The translations under genes were made by a program, and so were the position numbers. Below are positions 35,939-45,971 of a DNA stretch of 64,000 nucleotides, piece by piece. Each line of letters starts with the position of its first letter. Position 1 is the first letter of the stretch. The DNA comes from Candidatus Saccharimonadales bacterium (GTDB taxonomy: Bacteria; Patescibacteriota; Saccharimonadia; UBA4664; SCTI01): the NCBI GenBank assembly GCA_035479795.1, contig DATIII010000008.1:94487-158486 (forward strand), given 5' to 3'. Below the pieces are notes generated by a model. It had not been told where the DNA came from. It was given only the letters and a program-made list of their open reading frames with translations, and did not search any database.

Positions 35939-37930
35939 CTAGCGCTTTGTGTTTCGAGCGGCTTTTTGGGCTTCCTTTATCTCCTCAATCTGATCGCGCA
36001 GGGCGGCGGCCTTTTCGAACTGGAGATTTTCGGCAGCCAACTCCATCTGCTTGGTCAGCTCACTAACCAAATGCTTGCGCTCATCTTTAGGAATGTCGTC
36101 AATCTTAAATTCCTTAACATCGGCGGTTTCGGCCGCCTGCTCCGAACGCATCCGCTCGGCCAGGGCCTTCTTGATGCCAGCCGGGGTAATGCCGTGCTCA
36201 TTATTGTAGACCTCCTGCAGGGTTCGGCGCTTCTCAGTGGTTTCAATGGCTGCCTGCATTGAACGCGTACGGTTATCGGCGTACATTATAACTCGTCCCT
36301 CCACATGGCGAGCCGCTCGGCCAATAGTTTGAATGAGAGCCGATTCACTGCGCAAAAAGCCCTCCTTATCAGCATCCAGAATCGCCACCAAGCTGACTTC
36401 CGGCAGGTCCAACCCCTCTCGCAGCAGGTTGATGCCGACAACTACATCGTAAACTCCCGATCGGAGATCATGTAGAATATCGACCCGTTCCAGAGTGTCA
36501 ATCTCGGAATGCAAATATTGCACCTTGATGCCTAGCTCCGCCAGGTATTCCGATAAGTCTTCAGCCATGCGTTTGGTAAGAGTCGTAACCAGTACCCGCT
36601 GGCCCTTTTTGACCGTTTCACGGATCTCACTAATGAGATCGTCCACCTGATGGTTTGTCGGGCGCACTTCAATCTGGGGGTCCAGCAGGCCGGTTGGCCT
36701 AATCACCTGTTGCGCCACCTGGCTCGATCGCTTCACCTCCCATTCGGCCGGAGTCGCCGAAACATAGATGGCTTGGTTGATATGGCGTTCGAATTCATCA
36801 AACTTCAATGGCCGGTTATCGAGCGCCGAAGGCAGACGGAAACCGTACTCCACCAGCGTTTCTTTACGTGCCCGGTCGCCATTAAACATCCCCCGCACCT
36901 GCGGAATCGTCATATGGCTTTCGTCGACAAAAAGCAGAAAATCATCTGGGAAATAGTCCAATAAAGTGGCTGGCTGCTCCCCCGGCTCGCGGTTACTTAG
37001 ATACCTGGAATAATTTTCAATGCCGGGTACGAAGCCAGTTTGCTCCATCATTTCAAGGTCAAAATTAGTGCGTTGCTTGAGCCGCTGGGCTTCAAGTAGT
37101 TTATTTTCAGATGCAAGCTGAGCGAGACGAGTTTCGAGATCCACTTTGATCTCCCCAACGGCCTTCATCAACTTTTGATGCGGAGTCACGAAGTGCTTTC
37201 CAGGAAAGATTCTCAAGTTCTGCCGTTCGTTCAAAACCTCACCCGTCAACGGTTCCACCTGTCGAATCCGTTCTACCTCATCGCCAAAAAACTCGATGCG
37301 ATAAGCAACTTCTTCGCCGACCGGAAAAACTTCAACCGTATCGCCACGCACCCGGAAGGTGCCACGGGTGAAGGCAATGTCATTACGGCTGTATTGAATG
37401 TCCGTCAGTAGCCGCAGCAATTTATCCCGTTTGCGCTTCTCACCTTGCTTCACCTCAACCGTCATGGATGTGTAATCTTCCACATTTCCGAGACCATAAA
37501 TACAGCTCACCGAAGCCACAATCAGCACATCTTTACGGGTCAGCAGGCTCATGGTGGCAGCATGCCGCAACCGGTCTATTTCTTCATTAATGGCGCTGTC
37601 TTTTTCGATAAAAGTGTCGCTGCGCGGAATGTAGGCCTCAGGTTGGTAGTAATCGTAGTAACTAACAAAGTACTGGACGGCGTTATCGGGGAAAAACTGC
37701 CGAAATTCGCCGTAGAGCTGGGCTGCTAAAGTCTTGTTGTGGCAAAGAATCAAGGTTGGCTTTTGGACGTTTTGAACAACATTGGCCATGGTAAAGGTCT
37801 TACCGGAACCGGTCACGCCCAGAAGCGTTTGCTCCTTATCGCCCCGCACCAAACCTCCCGAAAGCTGTTTAATTGCTCTCGGCTGATCTCCCGCCGGCTG
37901 ATACTGACTGCTTATCTTAAAATTAGCCAT
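35939..37930 (-). CDS. uvrB: excinuclease ABC subunit B
   Basis: 663 aa with helicase motifs (GVTGSGKT…), beta-hairpin region and a C-terminal UvrC-binding coiled coil. Confidence 0.95.
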   Translation of the reverse strand: MANFKISSQYQPAGDQPRAIKQLSGGLVRGDKEQTLLGVTGSGKTFTMANVVQNVQKPTLILCHNKTLAAQLYGEFRQFFPDNAVQYFVSYYDYYQPEAYIPRSDTFIEKDSAINEEIDRLRHAATMSLLTRKDVLIVASVSCIYGLGNVEDYTSMTVEVKQGEKRKRDKLLRLLTDIQYSRNDIAFTRGTFRVRGDTVEVFPVGEEVAYRIEFFGDEVERIRQVEPLTGEVLNERQNLRIFPGKHFVTPHQKLMKAVGEIKVDLETRLAQLASENKLLEAQRLKQRTNFDLEMMEQTGFVPGIENYSRYLSNREPGEQPATLLDYFPDDFLLFVDESHMTIPQVRGMFNGDRARKETLVEYGFRLPSALDNRPLKFDEFERHINQAIYVSATPAEWEVKRSSQVAQQVIRPTGLLDPQIEVRPTNHQVDDLISEIRETVKKGQRVLVTTLTKRMAEDLSEYLAELGIKVQYLHSEIDTLERVDILHDLRSGVYDVVVGINLLREGLDLPEVSLVAILDADKEGFLRSESALIQTIGRAARHVEGRVIMYADNRTRSMQAAIETTEKRRTLQEVYNNEHGITPAGIKKALAERMRSEQAAETADVKEFKIDDIPKDERKHLVSELTKQMELAAENLQFEKAAALRDQIEEIKEAQKAARNTKR

Positions 37931-38075
37931 CTCCTAATTATACAAGGTCGGACCTTTACCTGGGAAGAAATGCCTTTTCAGATCAACGGAAGGTCGGACC
38001 CTGTTGACTAAACGTAAGTTTTATGATATAAAAAGGCCGTCGTACATCTACAATTTCAACCGAAAGGAAGCCCAC

Positions 38076-38483
38076 ATGCGGCTCGCAGTAGCCCTGGCGA
38101 TCTTCTTCATCACCCTCTTCGCTATTGGTGTGTGGGCGAACTACCCGATCACCACGGCAATCTGCCTGGTGCTCGGCGCGGCTTTGATCGGCATCATGAT
38201 CTACAACGGCGTGACAGGCGGAGTCATCTTCGATCGCACGACCGACGAAGGTCGCCGAACGGAGGTTCGGGTGGTAACTCTCGGCATTCTGCTGTTTGTC
38301 CTAGGGGCCTTTGCCGCTTGGGCCGGCCGTCAGAAGTTGGGCCACTGGGGCGAAACAGCCTTCACCACCGTCACCATCGCCGTCATCTTGGCGGCCATCG
38401 CCTTCGGCGTCGTGACCTGGGTGCTCAGCTACGCCGGGATTGACCTTGGCAAGAAGAAGAAAAAGAAGGACGACAACAAGTAG
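38076..38483 (+). CDS. membrane protein, hypothetical (Lys-rich C-terminal tail)
   Basis: Start at MRLAVALAIFF… after AAGGAAG; four TM helices; followed by a terminator. Confidence 0.5.
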   Translation: MRLAVALAIFFITLFAIGVWANYPITTAICLVLGAALIGIMIYNGVTGGVIFDRTTDEGRRTEVRVVTLGILLFVLGAFAAWAGRQKLGHWGETAFTTVTIAVILAAIAFGVVTWVLSYAGIDLGKKKKKKDDNK

Positions 38484-38515
38484 ACGTACGGATCGGCGCT
38501 AGGCCTCGGACTATC

Positions 38516-38560
38516 CCACCATCAGGTGGGCCCGAGCGCCTGGCGCCTTTTCTGTTTTTT
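38516..38560. terminator. bidirectional terminator region (CCACC-atca-GGTGG and GCGCC-tg-GCGCC hairpins followed by TTTTCTGTTTTTT)
   Basis: Lies between convergent genes 38076-38483 (+) and 38559-39113 (-). Confidence 0.5.
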
Positions 38561-39113
38561 ATTTAGCGTATTTGATATCTAAAATAGTGATCAGTCGGTC
38601 CACCAGGCGAGCGGGGTCGTCGTCGAAAATCACCGTATGCCGGTTGCGCTTGGCCGCCTTCAAAACTTCCTTGATTGCATCGGTCACGCCCCCCGACCCG
38701 GTAACAATTCCAATCGGCGTCTTTTCTTCGAATGCCACCGCAAATTCTTGCAGTGTCCCGACCCGGCCGCCAATGGTTACTACAGCATCAGCCGAGCGAA
38801 CTAACAACAGATCCCGACCGGTATAACCAAACCCCGTGCAGAGGATACTGTCGAAGTTAGCTACCGGTAGTCGGTAAACTTTAATGTGCTCACGCCGAGA
38901 AACAGCTGGAGAAAAACCAATGGATACCCCGCCGGCCTGCTTGGCCGCCTTAGCGGCCGCGTCCGGCAGTCCAGATGTCGCGCCGGTAATCAAAACTTGT
39001 CCGCGCTCGGCAATTCGCTTGCCTGCTGCCTCCGCTAATTTGGCAGAATGCGTAACCGCCGCCCCTCTGGCCGAGCCGGAAACACAAATCTGATAGGGGT
39101 ACCCCGATTTCAT
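38559..39113 (-). CDS. LOG-family / TIGR00725 Rossmann-fold nucleotide-binding protein (putative nucleotide N-glycosidase)
   Basis: GGRVGTLQEFAVAF matches the LOG PGGxGTxxE motif; 184 aa. Confidence 0.7.
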   Translation of the reverse strand: MKSGYPYQICVSGSARGAAVTHSAKLAEAAGKRIAERGQVLITGATSGLPDAAAKAAKQAGGVSIGFSPAVSRREHIKVYRLPVANFDSILCTGFGYTGRDLLLVRSADAVVTIGGRVGTLQEFAVAFEEKTPIGIVTGSGGVTDAIKEVLKAAKRNRHTVIFDDDPARLVDRLITILDIKYAK

Positions 39114-40339
39114 AAGGTTTCAGGCTTAATCATGGCGTTATCTAATTTCATGAGTAGTTGTTCCTCGAGCTCCTTCTGCCCGAAGTACCTGGCAAACACT
39201 TCGTTCCACAACGACTCGCGGAAATGATACAGATAACGATCTTCAAATTTTAAGCCGTTCGAGTAACTTAGACTGACATCCATGAGGTTAAAAGTGACAG
39301 TCTCGCCAGTTTTTAGCGTCGCCACATAATCCATATCGCGCCACATCGCCAAATCGGGATCAACCTGATACAGCAGGTTCTCGGCCTTACGCCAATGCAA
39401 ATCCTCAGGCTGGACGTGTGGTTCAAAAATTTCCGGATGCGACTCGTTTTTGAGCTTGCCAAAGTAGCGCTGAATCACCCGCCAATGGATATGTCCGTGA
39501 TCGATCAGGGGGATGTCCGGCGTATCCGCGATCAAAGTTTCCGCCACAATCTGCCCAAAGTTTTTCTTGGGCTGCATCAGTTTAAAGAACGCACTGTACA
39601 GCCGAATCTCATTAAAGTAATGAAAAATCAGTGGCATAACCTTAAGGGTCACACCCGGCATCCGTTCGATCGTCATCGGCATAACACAAATAGCACCCAA
39701 CTCCTTCAGGTTGGTAATATTGTGCAGTTTCTTTTGAATAAAATGTTCGGCAATGTCACCCCATTTATTCGGGTCAAACTGAACAATTCTAATATTGCGG
39801 GCCTCAAAATCAGCCGGCTTCAGTTTGGAATACTTGGCGTTAAATTTATTCAGCCAGTCAGCTTCTTCCGCAAATCTCAGCGAGCCGTAGATCTCGAATA
39901 GATCCTCTTTTTCCAGTAGGCCTTCTAGTGAATCATGCCCCAGCCGTTTCATCACAGCCTTCGGCGGCATTGATTTAAGCATACCTTCCGCCACCTCGGT
40001 TTTAATAAACCAGCCATCGCGGGGCATCTGGACCTGCTCGATTCGGCGCACAACCAACGGGATCATTTCGTGTACATCCTCAGGATCATGCCCGCCGATA
40101 GTGTGGGCAAGATGCTCATCCTGTCGCTTAACTCTTTCGACTAATGCTTTGTACAGATCAGGTCCGCTGCAGCCGGCGTCAAGGCCCAGATCAGAAATCA
40201 CACTGCCAGCTTTCTGGGCAATCTCACCGGCCAAAGCAGCATCGATGCCCTTTTTACCTGTGCGCTTTTCCAGCTCCTGCAGTGCTTGGTCAAATAATGG
40301 CTCTTTGGCTTGAAGAAAGGTCGCGAGTCGGCTGCGCAT
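39110..40339 (-). CDS. hypothetical protein (409 aa), operonic between the LOG-family and PfkB genes
   Basis: Start/stop overlaps on both sides; no motif recognised. Confidence 0.5.
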   Translation of the reverse strand: MRSRLATFLQAKEPLFDQALQELEKRTGKKGIDAALAGEIAQKAGSVISDLGLDAGCSGPDLYKALVERVKRQDEHLAHTIGGHDPEDVHEMIPLVVRRIEQVQMPRDGWFIKTEVAEGMLKSMPPKAVMKRLGHDSLEGLLEKEDLFEIYGSLRFAEEADWLNKFNAKYSKLKPADFEARNIRIVQFDPNKWGDIAEHFIQKKLHNITNLKELGAICVMPMTIERMPGVTLKVMPLIFHYFNEIRLYSAFFKLMQPKKNFGQIVAETLIADTPDIPLIDHGHIHWRVIQRYFGKLKNESHPEIFEPHVQPEDLHWRKAENLLYQVDPDLAMWRDMDYVATLKTGETVTFNLMDVSLSYSNGLKFEDRYLYHFRESLWNEVFARYFGQKELEEQLLMKLDNAMIKPETL

Positions 40340-41313
40340 CAGATAGAAACTCGCTTAACTTTCATTTTCTTTATTTTCGACACCCCCCGAAGTATGCCGC
40401 TTTTGGCACCGACCGACTGCACAACCGAAGTCGAGTTGGCACTAGCCAGTGTCAGAGCATCTTCAATCGGCCAGCCCCGGGCAATAGCGGCTACAAAGCC
40501 CGAGCAAAAGGCGTCGCCTGCACCAGTGCGATCCAAGACTTTAACCCTCTGGTATTGACCAGCGAAGTAGATTACCTGACCATCTGAAGCATAACTACCA
40601 CCGGGCCCATCAGTTAGGACAATGTAGGGGCAATAGGGCATGGCGTTAAGCATGGTGTCCACGGGCGACTCGCCCCCAAACAGCCTGGCCATTTCCTCGC
40701 GGTTGGCAATCAATATGTCCACGGCCTGCAGATAGCCCCGCAGTTTTTTGGCATTAGCCAACTCCCCCGCACCGGGATTTAGAGCAACTCGAACATCGTT
40801 GCGATGAGCGGTTTGCAACAGGTTCTTTAATAAATCCATATTCCCAGCCAAAGAAGAAATGTACATCCATCCACCCTTCATTTGATGGAGCGAAAAGTCG
40901 TTTGTTTTGAGAGCATGCGAGGCGCCTCGGTAGGCTAGGATCGTGCGCTCGCCGTTATCAGCTAGCAAGATCACCGAGTAGCCCGTCCCGAGTCTGTCAT
41001 CCACCCGAACGTGGGCAGTATCAACCCCTTCACGTTTAAGGACTCGCAGGACTTCCGCACCGGCCGGATCCTTACCGAGTTTGCCCGCAAACTGCGCATT
41101 CATCCCTTGCCGAGCAAAAGTAACTGCCGCATTAGTAGCTCCACCACCGGTGTCAAAAAAAACGTGGTCGAGCTCGAGCTTGGCTCCCAACGGAAACTGC
41201 TCGACAAAACTGTGACTACGCACGTCGCGCTTGGCATGCAACGCCTTGCCCGCCGCAAAGACGTCTTGGGTCGCCGCCCCCACGCAAATAATATCGATAT
41301 CTCTAGGATCCAT
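40339..41313 (-). CDS. PfkB-family carbohydrate/nucleoside kinase (ribokinase-like)
   Basis: DTGGGATNAAV and DRTGAGDAFCSGFVAA signatures; 324 aa. Confidence 0.85.
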   Translation of the reverse strand: MDPRDIDIICVGAATQDVFAAGKALHAKRDVRSHSFVEQFPLGAKLELDHVFFDTGGGATNAAVTFARQGMNAQFAGKLGKDPAGAEVLRVLKREGVDTAHVRVDDRLGTGYSVILLADNGERTILAYRGASHALKTNDFSLHQMKGGWMYISSLAGNMDLLKNLLQTAHRNDVRVALNPGAGELANAKKLRGYLQAVDILIANREEMARLFGGESPVDTMLNAMPYCPYIVLTDGPGGSYASDGQVIYFAGQYQRVKVLDRTGAGDAFCSGFVAAIARGWPIEDALTLASANSTSVVQSVGAKSGILRGVSKIKKMKVKRVSI

Positions 41314-41378
41314 GCCTAAATTATACCGCTTATGGTATTTGAAAAATAGTCACAAATACCGATATACAATCTGAAACT

Positions 41379-42125
41379 CTACTCAAATTTCATTGATTTA
41401 AGTATTTGTTCAGCCATGATGAGGTTCGGAAGAGCGTAGTATTTATCAGCTGGCAGTTTAGACTGCGTAAAGGTTTGGGGATAAGCGCCGTAAGCCCAGA
41501 CCCGACCGGTATCATCATCTTTGGCGCCTTTTTTATTAAAGATAAGATAGGGCGGAAAGCTACGAATCTCCTTAATTTTCACAAATGCGTCGACATCGTA
41601 ATCACCTTTATACAGGGTATAAAGGCCGATTGTCTTTTGGCCTAAGTCACGCCGGCTCGGGTAGGTCGCAAGATAATACTTGATCAAATAGGTGTCGGCC
41701 GAACCTCCTGATACCGTGGCCGGTGCGGCACTGTATGTTTCAACATAGGGGCAGCCGTCGTCTTCTTGCTCTTCCATACTGCAGCCCCCACCTATACCAC
41801 TGGGATTGTTATAAACATAAAACTCAAAGCCATCAGGAGCCGTCAACTTGCCAGTGTCGGTTTTCCACGTATCCTGGACCTCTAACTTAATATCCGAGCT
41901 CCAGTTGGCCGGATACCTAAAACTCAAACCATTAATTGTCGACTTATAAGTAGCCCAGCCTTTGTATGGGTCAGTCTTGGCGGCGGGAACTTTCGACTCG
42001 GAAGTAACCGTCTTGGCGCCATGATTTTGATAGGCAAAGTAGGCCGCTGTACCAATCGCAAAGATGGCTACCACTACCAGAAGTCCTTCGAGTACTGCGA
42101 GCCCTGTTTGATTAATTTTTTTCAT
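41379..42125 (-). CDS. type IV pilin-like protein (prepilin-type N-terminus with Glu+5)
   Basis: MKKINQTG|LAVLEGLLVVVAIFAI… followed by a secreted domain containing a Cys pair. Confidence 0.5.
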   Translation of the reverse strand: MKKINQTGLAVLEGLLVVVAIFAIGTAAYFAYQNHGAKTVTSESKVPAAKTDPYKGWATYKSTINGLSFRYPANWSSDIKLEVQDTWKTDTGKLTAPDGFEFYVYNNPSGIGGGCSMEEQEDDGCPYVETYSAAPATVSGGSADTYLIKYYLATYPSRRDLGQKTIGLYTLYKGDYDVDAFVKIKEIRSFPPYLIFNKKGAKDDDTGRVWAYGAYPQTFTQSKLPADKYYALPNLIMAEQILKSMKFE

Positions 42126-42160
42126 TTTAGACCTTTTGTTTTGGTAATTGGTTATGCTTA

Positions 42161-42799
42161 TTATCCTATGCCGTCAAGCTGGGGCGTATCCAGTGATTTC
42201 CAGATATACCAAGACGCGATTGATTCATACCCCTCCCATTTACCCTTGGCCGCGAGTTGGCGGATTTTCAAATCGTCAGGGAGGTCGCGTAAACCATACA
42301 GAATTCTAATGCCATTGCGCACGCCCAAATCGCCGACGGGTAGAACCTCTAGCCGCCCCAGGCAAAAAATCAGAAACATATGGGCCGTCCATTCGCCAAT
42401 GCCCTTCACGTCGGTTACCTCCACTACGATCTCGTCATTAGTAAGGTTAGATATACGCTTCAAATCAAGTCGTCCATCCTGTACATGAGCCGCCAAATCC
42501 TTGATGTATTTAACTTTTGAATTAGACAGTCCAACCCCACGGAGAACCTCATCGCTCATCTGGAGAACCTCATCTGGCCGCGGAAAGCCCTTGTGACCCA
42601 GGTCGGCAAATCGCTGGCGAATAGTACTAGCTGCTTTAACGCTGAGCTGCTGGCCAATAATGGAACTGGCCAAGGCTTGAAAATAGTTACTGTGCGGCTG
42701 GATATCTGGACGTGGATTGCGACTAATAACCAGAGCTAAAACTGGATCATTAGCCGAAATAACCTCGATGCCCTCGGAAATCTTGTCCTGAAAATCCAT
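42161..42799 (-). CDS. HhH-GPD base-excision DNA glycosylase (AlkA/3-methyladenine glycosylase II-like)
   Basis: HhH-GPD motif (…LPVGDLGVRNGI…) with a catalytic Asp. Start taken at the ATG (MDFQDKI); the ORF track's TTG extension overlaps the fba 3' end. Confidence 0.75.
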   Translation of the reverse strand: MDFQDKISEGIEVISANDPVLALVISRNPRPDIQPHSNYFQALASSIIGQQLSVKAASTIRQRFADLGHKGFPRPDEVLQMSDEVLRGVGLSNSKVKYIKDLAAHVQDGRLDLKRISNLTNDEIVVEVTDVKGIGEWTAHMFLIFCLGRLEVLPVGDLGVRNGIRILYGLRDLPDDLKIRQLAAKGKWEGYESIASWYIWKSLDTPQLDGIG

Positions 42800-42806
42800 C
42801 TGATAT

Positions 42807-43706
42807 TTAGGATTTGTTGACAGAGGCGTCGTAGACGGCAGCGATGGTGGACTCAAGCTTGGCGCCAAATTCTGCGTCTGATTGGTCAGCCTTTAAGCCT
42901 TCAGCCAATACTCGGCTAAAGCTGGCAATCACATCGTGATTTTGCCGCAATCGCCGGTTCGCTTCGTTTCCGTCATAGCCACCGGAAAGCGCCACTACTC
43001 TTACTACCCGTGGGTGCTTTGTGAACGGCTCATACAAATCGGGCTGCTCCGGCAGGGTCAGCTTGAGCATAACCATCTGATCTTCGCCTAGTTTATCCAA
43101 ATGGGCATTCAGCTGATCAAACAGCTCTTTTTCGCATTCGGCCTTATCAGGGGCATGAATATCTACCTCAGGCTCAATAATGGGCACGAGATTTTTACTC
43201 ATTATCTGGTGGGCGCAGTCGAACTGTTGCTCGACAACCTTGGCAATCCCATCGGCATTATGGCCTTTGATCACCGACCGCATCTTAGTTCCAAAAATAT
43301 GTTTTTCCACCGCTCTATCAAGCAAAGCGTCTAAATCCGGCATCGGCTTCATGAGCTGAACACCACCCACTTCTTCAGCCAGGCCATTATCTATCTTTAA
43401 AAAGGGCACAACCTTTTTCTGCTCCCATAAGTAATCGGCACTATCCTGGCCTTCAATCTGACGCTCCATGGTTGCCTTGAATAAGATGGCACCTAGAATA
43501 CGGTCGCCACTAAAAACGGGGCTGGTAACTATCCGACTACGCATCTGGTGGACCAGATCAAACATCTGCTCCTCACCCGAATAAGCCGTTTCCGAAATGC
43601 CATAACTGGCCAAGGCCTTAGGCGTACTTCCGCCCGACTGATCTAGGGCCGCCACAAAGCCTTTACCATCGCGCATCTTGGCTAGCTGTTCCTGATTTGG
43701 ATTCAT
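42807..43706 (-). CDS. fba: fructose-bisphosphate aldolase, class I
   Basis: N-terminus …[22 protein letters not shown]… is typical of bacterial class I FBA (Fda-like); 299 aa. Confidence 0.8.
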   Translation of the reverse strand: MNPNQEQLAKMRDGKGFVAALDQSGGSTPKALASYGISETAYSGEEQMFDLVHQMRSRIVTSPVFSGDRILGAILFKATMERQIEGQDSADYLWEQKKVVPFLKIDNGLAEEVGGVQLMKPMPDLDALLDRAVEKHIFGTKMRSVIKGHNADGIAKVVEQQFDCAHQIMSKNLVPIIEPEVDIHAPDKAECEKELFDQLNAHLDKLGEDQMVMLKLTLPEQPDLYEPFTKHPRVVRVVALSGGYDGNEANRRLRQNHDVIASFSRVLAEGLKADQSDAEFGAKLESTIAAVYDASVNKS

Positions 43707-43708
43707 AA

Positions 43709-44689
43709 TTACTCCTTAATTAGCTCCTCCGCCGCCTTCATTATATGTGGTGCTGTCAGGCCAAAGTGCTCAAGTAGCTCATCTGGCTTGCCGGATTCAC
43801 CGAACCGATCACGCATGCCAATCCGTCTAACCGGTACCGGAAAGTTTTCACTCAGCAGCTCGGTCACGGCGGATCCTAATCCACCGGCAATCTGGCTTTC
43901 TTCACAGGTGACTACCCGTCCAGTTTTCTTGACCGACTTTAATATGGTAACTGAATCTAATGGTTTGACTACGGCGGCGTTGATCACTTCGGCCTCGATT
44001 CCCTTTTGTTTTAATTTTTCAGCAGCCAGCAGCGCCTGATGAACCAAGAGTCCGCAGGCGACGATAGTAATGTCTTCGCCCTCACGCAATATCTGAGCTT
44101 TATTCAGCGCAAACGGAGTATCGGGAGTTGTGATAACAGCCGATTTTTCGCGGGCCAGCCGAATGTAGGCCCCGCCCGGATGGCTGGCCAGAGCAATGGT
44201 GGCTTTTTCGGCTTCGACTGAGTCGCACGGTACCACCACTGTCATATTCGGTAGTACCCGCATTAGCGCAATGTCTTCTAGCATCTGGTGGGTGGCGCCA
44301 TCAGGGCCAACCGATACGCCGGCATGCGAACCGGCAATTTTAACATTGGTTTCATTTAAACAAACTGTCGTACGTATCTGTTCCCAGTTGCGGCCGGGCG
44401 AAAAGGCAGCATAGCTGGATACAAAGGGAATCTTCCCAGCCAGAGCCATGCCAGTGGCCACCGTCACCAAGTTCTGTTCGGCCACCCCAACCTCAACAAA
44501 TCTTTCCGGAAAAGCTTTGGCAAAACCGTCCATTTTGGTCGAATCAGTTAGGTCGGCGCAAAGAGCCACCACATTTGGCAGTCGCTCACCGAGCTTTACC
44601 AGCCCACTGCCGAAGCCATCACGAATAGCCTGTTGTTTAACTTCCGGGCTGAGCGCATCCGGTGTTAGTTTCATCTCGGTGTTCATCAT
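43709..44689 (-). CDS. transketolase, C-terminal subunit
   Basis: 326 aa with Pyr-binding and C-terminal transketolase domains. Confidence 0.9.
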   Translation of the reverse strand: MMNTEMKLTPDALSPEVKQQAIRDGFGSGLVKLGERLPNVVALCADLTDSTKMDGFAKAFPERFVEVGVAEQNLVTVATGMALAGKIPFVSSYAAFSPGRNWEQIRTTVCLNETNVKIAGSHAGVSVGPDGATHQMLEDIALMRVLPNMTVVVPCDSVEAEKATIALASHPGGAYIRLAREKSAVITTPDTPFALNKAQILREGEDITIVACGLLVHQALLAAEKLKQKGIEAEVINAAVVKPLDSVTILKSVKKTGRVVTCEESQIAGGLGSAVTELLSENFPVPVRRIGMRDRFGESGKPDELLEHFGLTAPHIMKAAEELIKE

Positions 44690-45096
44690 TTTCTAATTCC
44701 CCTTGAATACTGCCTTTGGCGCCAAGCATCTGTAACGAGAATTATCATACTAATGACAACTAAGGGTACTACTATGATTGGCCCTAAATTAAAATGGCCC
44801 TCAGACTGGGCGCCATACCATAATGGCAAAATAAATGATGCGATCAACATCGCAATGAAATTCTTACGTGACAGCGTTATCAAATACCCAACCATAACTA
44901 GCGCGGCGCAAATTGCGATGAACCCATAAATAAAGGCAAAGATTGCAAGCGTATTAGTAAGACCGGATATTGAACTATTAACCACTAACCCGCTGCCAAA
45001 AAGTATCAACTGCGTAATGGGAATAATTGCCGGTATTGCGAGCCACATGGCTACTGGCCAAGTTCGATAATTTAAGTTAACCATCAGCCTAGTCAC
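44686..45096 (-). CDS. membrane protein inserted between the transketolase subunit genes
   Basis: 136 aa with four TM helices; 4-bp overlaps on both sides. Confidence 0.5.
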   Translation of the reverse strand: MTRLMVNLNYRTWPVAMWLAIPAIIPITQLILFGSGLVVNSSISGLTNTLAIFAFIYGFIAICAALVMVGYLITLSRKNFIAMLIASFILPLWYGAQSEGHFNLGPIIVVPLVVISMIILVTDAWRQRQYSRGIRK

Positions 45097-45971
45097 TATT
45101 CATGCTCCCCGCGAATCCGGCCTTGGAGGGTCCGTAACTCATGCAGGGCGATCTTGGCTTGCTCAGCCTTGGGCGGTGATCCAGGCGGCTCAATGGTGCC
45201 AGGCGGGTTGCCGTGCCAGTGAAAGTCATATTCCATAAAATCTACCCCTTTGCCCGGAATCGTATGCGCCACGATAACTGTAGGCTTATTTTCGACGGCT
45301 TTGGCCAGATTGCAGGCGTCGATGACGGCTTGAATATTGTGGCCGTCCACCTCCATCGTATGCCAGCCAAAGGCCTTGAATTTCTCGGCCAAATCACCAA
45401 GCGGCATAACCTTTTCGGTTGGCCCATCAATCTGGATATTATTGCGGTCGACTATCACCGTTAGATTGCTCAAGTTGTATTTGGGTGCAAACAGGGCAGC
45501 TTCCCAAATATTACCCTCGTCAAGCTCACCATCGCCAGTTAGGCAATAGACTCTTCTGTCTTTTTTACCGTCCATTTTAAAGGCCAGTGCCAAGCCACAT
45601 GCAGCACTCAAACCGGAGCCAAGTGGACCGCTGGTCGTCTCCAGCCCGGGCAGTCGCAGCCTCTCAGGATGGCCTTGTAGCCGAGAGCCGAATTTACGCA
45701 GAGTCTTCAACTCTTTCACCGGAAAGTAGCCAGCCCGAGCCATGGCCGCGTAACGGATTGGCACAATATGTCCGTTGGACAAGATCAAGCGGTCGCGTTC
45801 GGGCCAATCAGGATTTTTAGGGTCATGTTTGAGAATTCGAAAATACAGGGCTGTAAAAATGTCGGCCATTCCGAGTGGGCCAGCCGAATGCCCGCTACCG
45901 GCCGCCACCAGCATTTCGATAACGTCTTGGCGCAGTTGATTGGCCTGCTTGTCTAGCTCAGCGACGGTCAT
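45096..45971 (-). CDS. transketolase, N-terminal (TPP-binding) subunit
   Basis: 291 aa with the GDG…N TPP motif (…LTGDGELDEGNIWEA…). Confidence 0.9.
   Translation of the reverse strand: MTVAELDKQANQLRQDVIEMLVAAGSGHSAGPLGMADIFTALYFRILKHDPKNPDWPERDRLILSNGHIVPIRYAAMARAGYFPVKELKTLRKFGSRLQGHPERLRLPGLETTSGPLGSGLSAACGLALAFKMDGKKDRRVYCLTGDGELDEGNIWEAALFAPKYNLSNLTVIVDRNNIQIDGPTEKVMPLGDLAEKFKAFGWHTMEVDGHNIQAVIDACNLAKAVENKPTVIVAHTIPGKGVDFMEYDFHWHGNPPGTIEPPGSPPKAEQAKIALHELRTLQGRIRGEHE

Noticed and set aside
38132-38443. Alternative-frame ORF 38132-38443 (Arg/His-rich)
   Set aside because: It is an out-of-frame overlap of the well-formed membrane protein gene 38076-38483, with low-complexity RH-rich translation.
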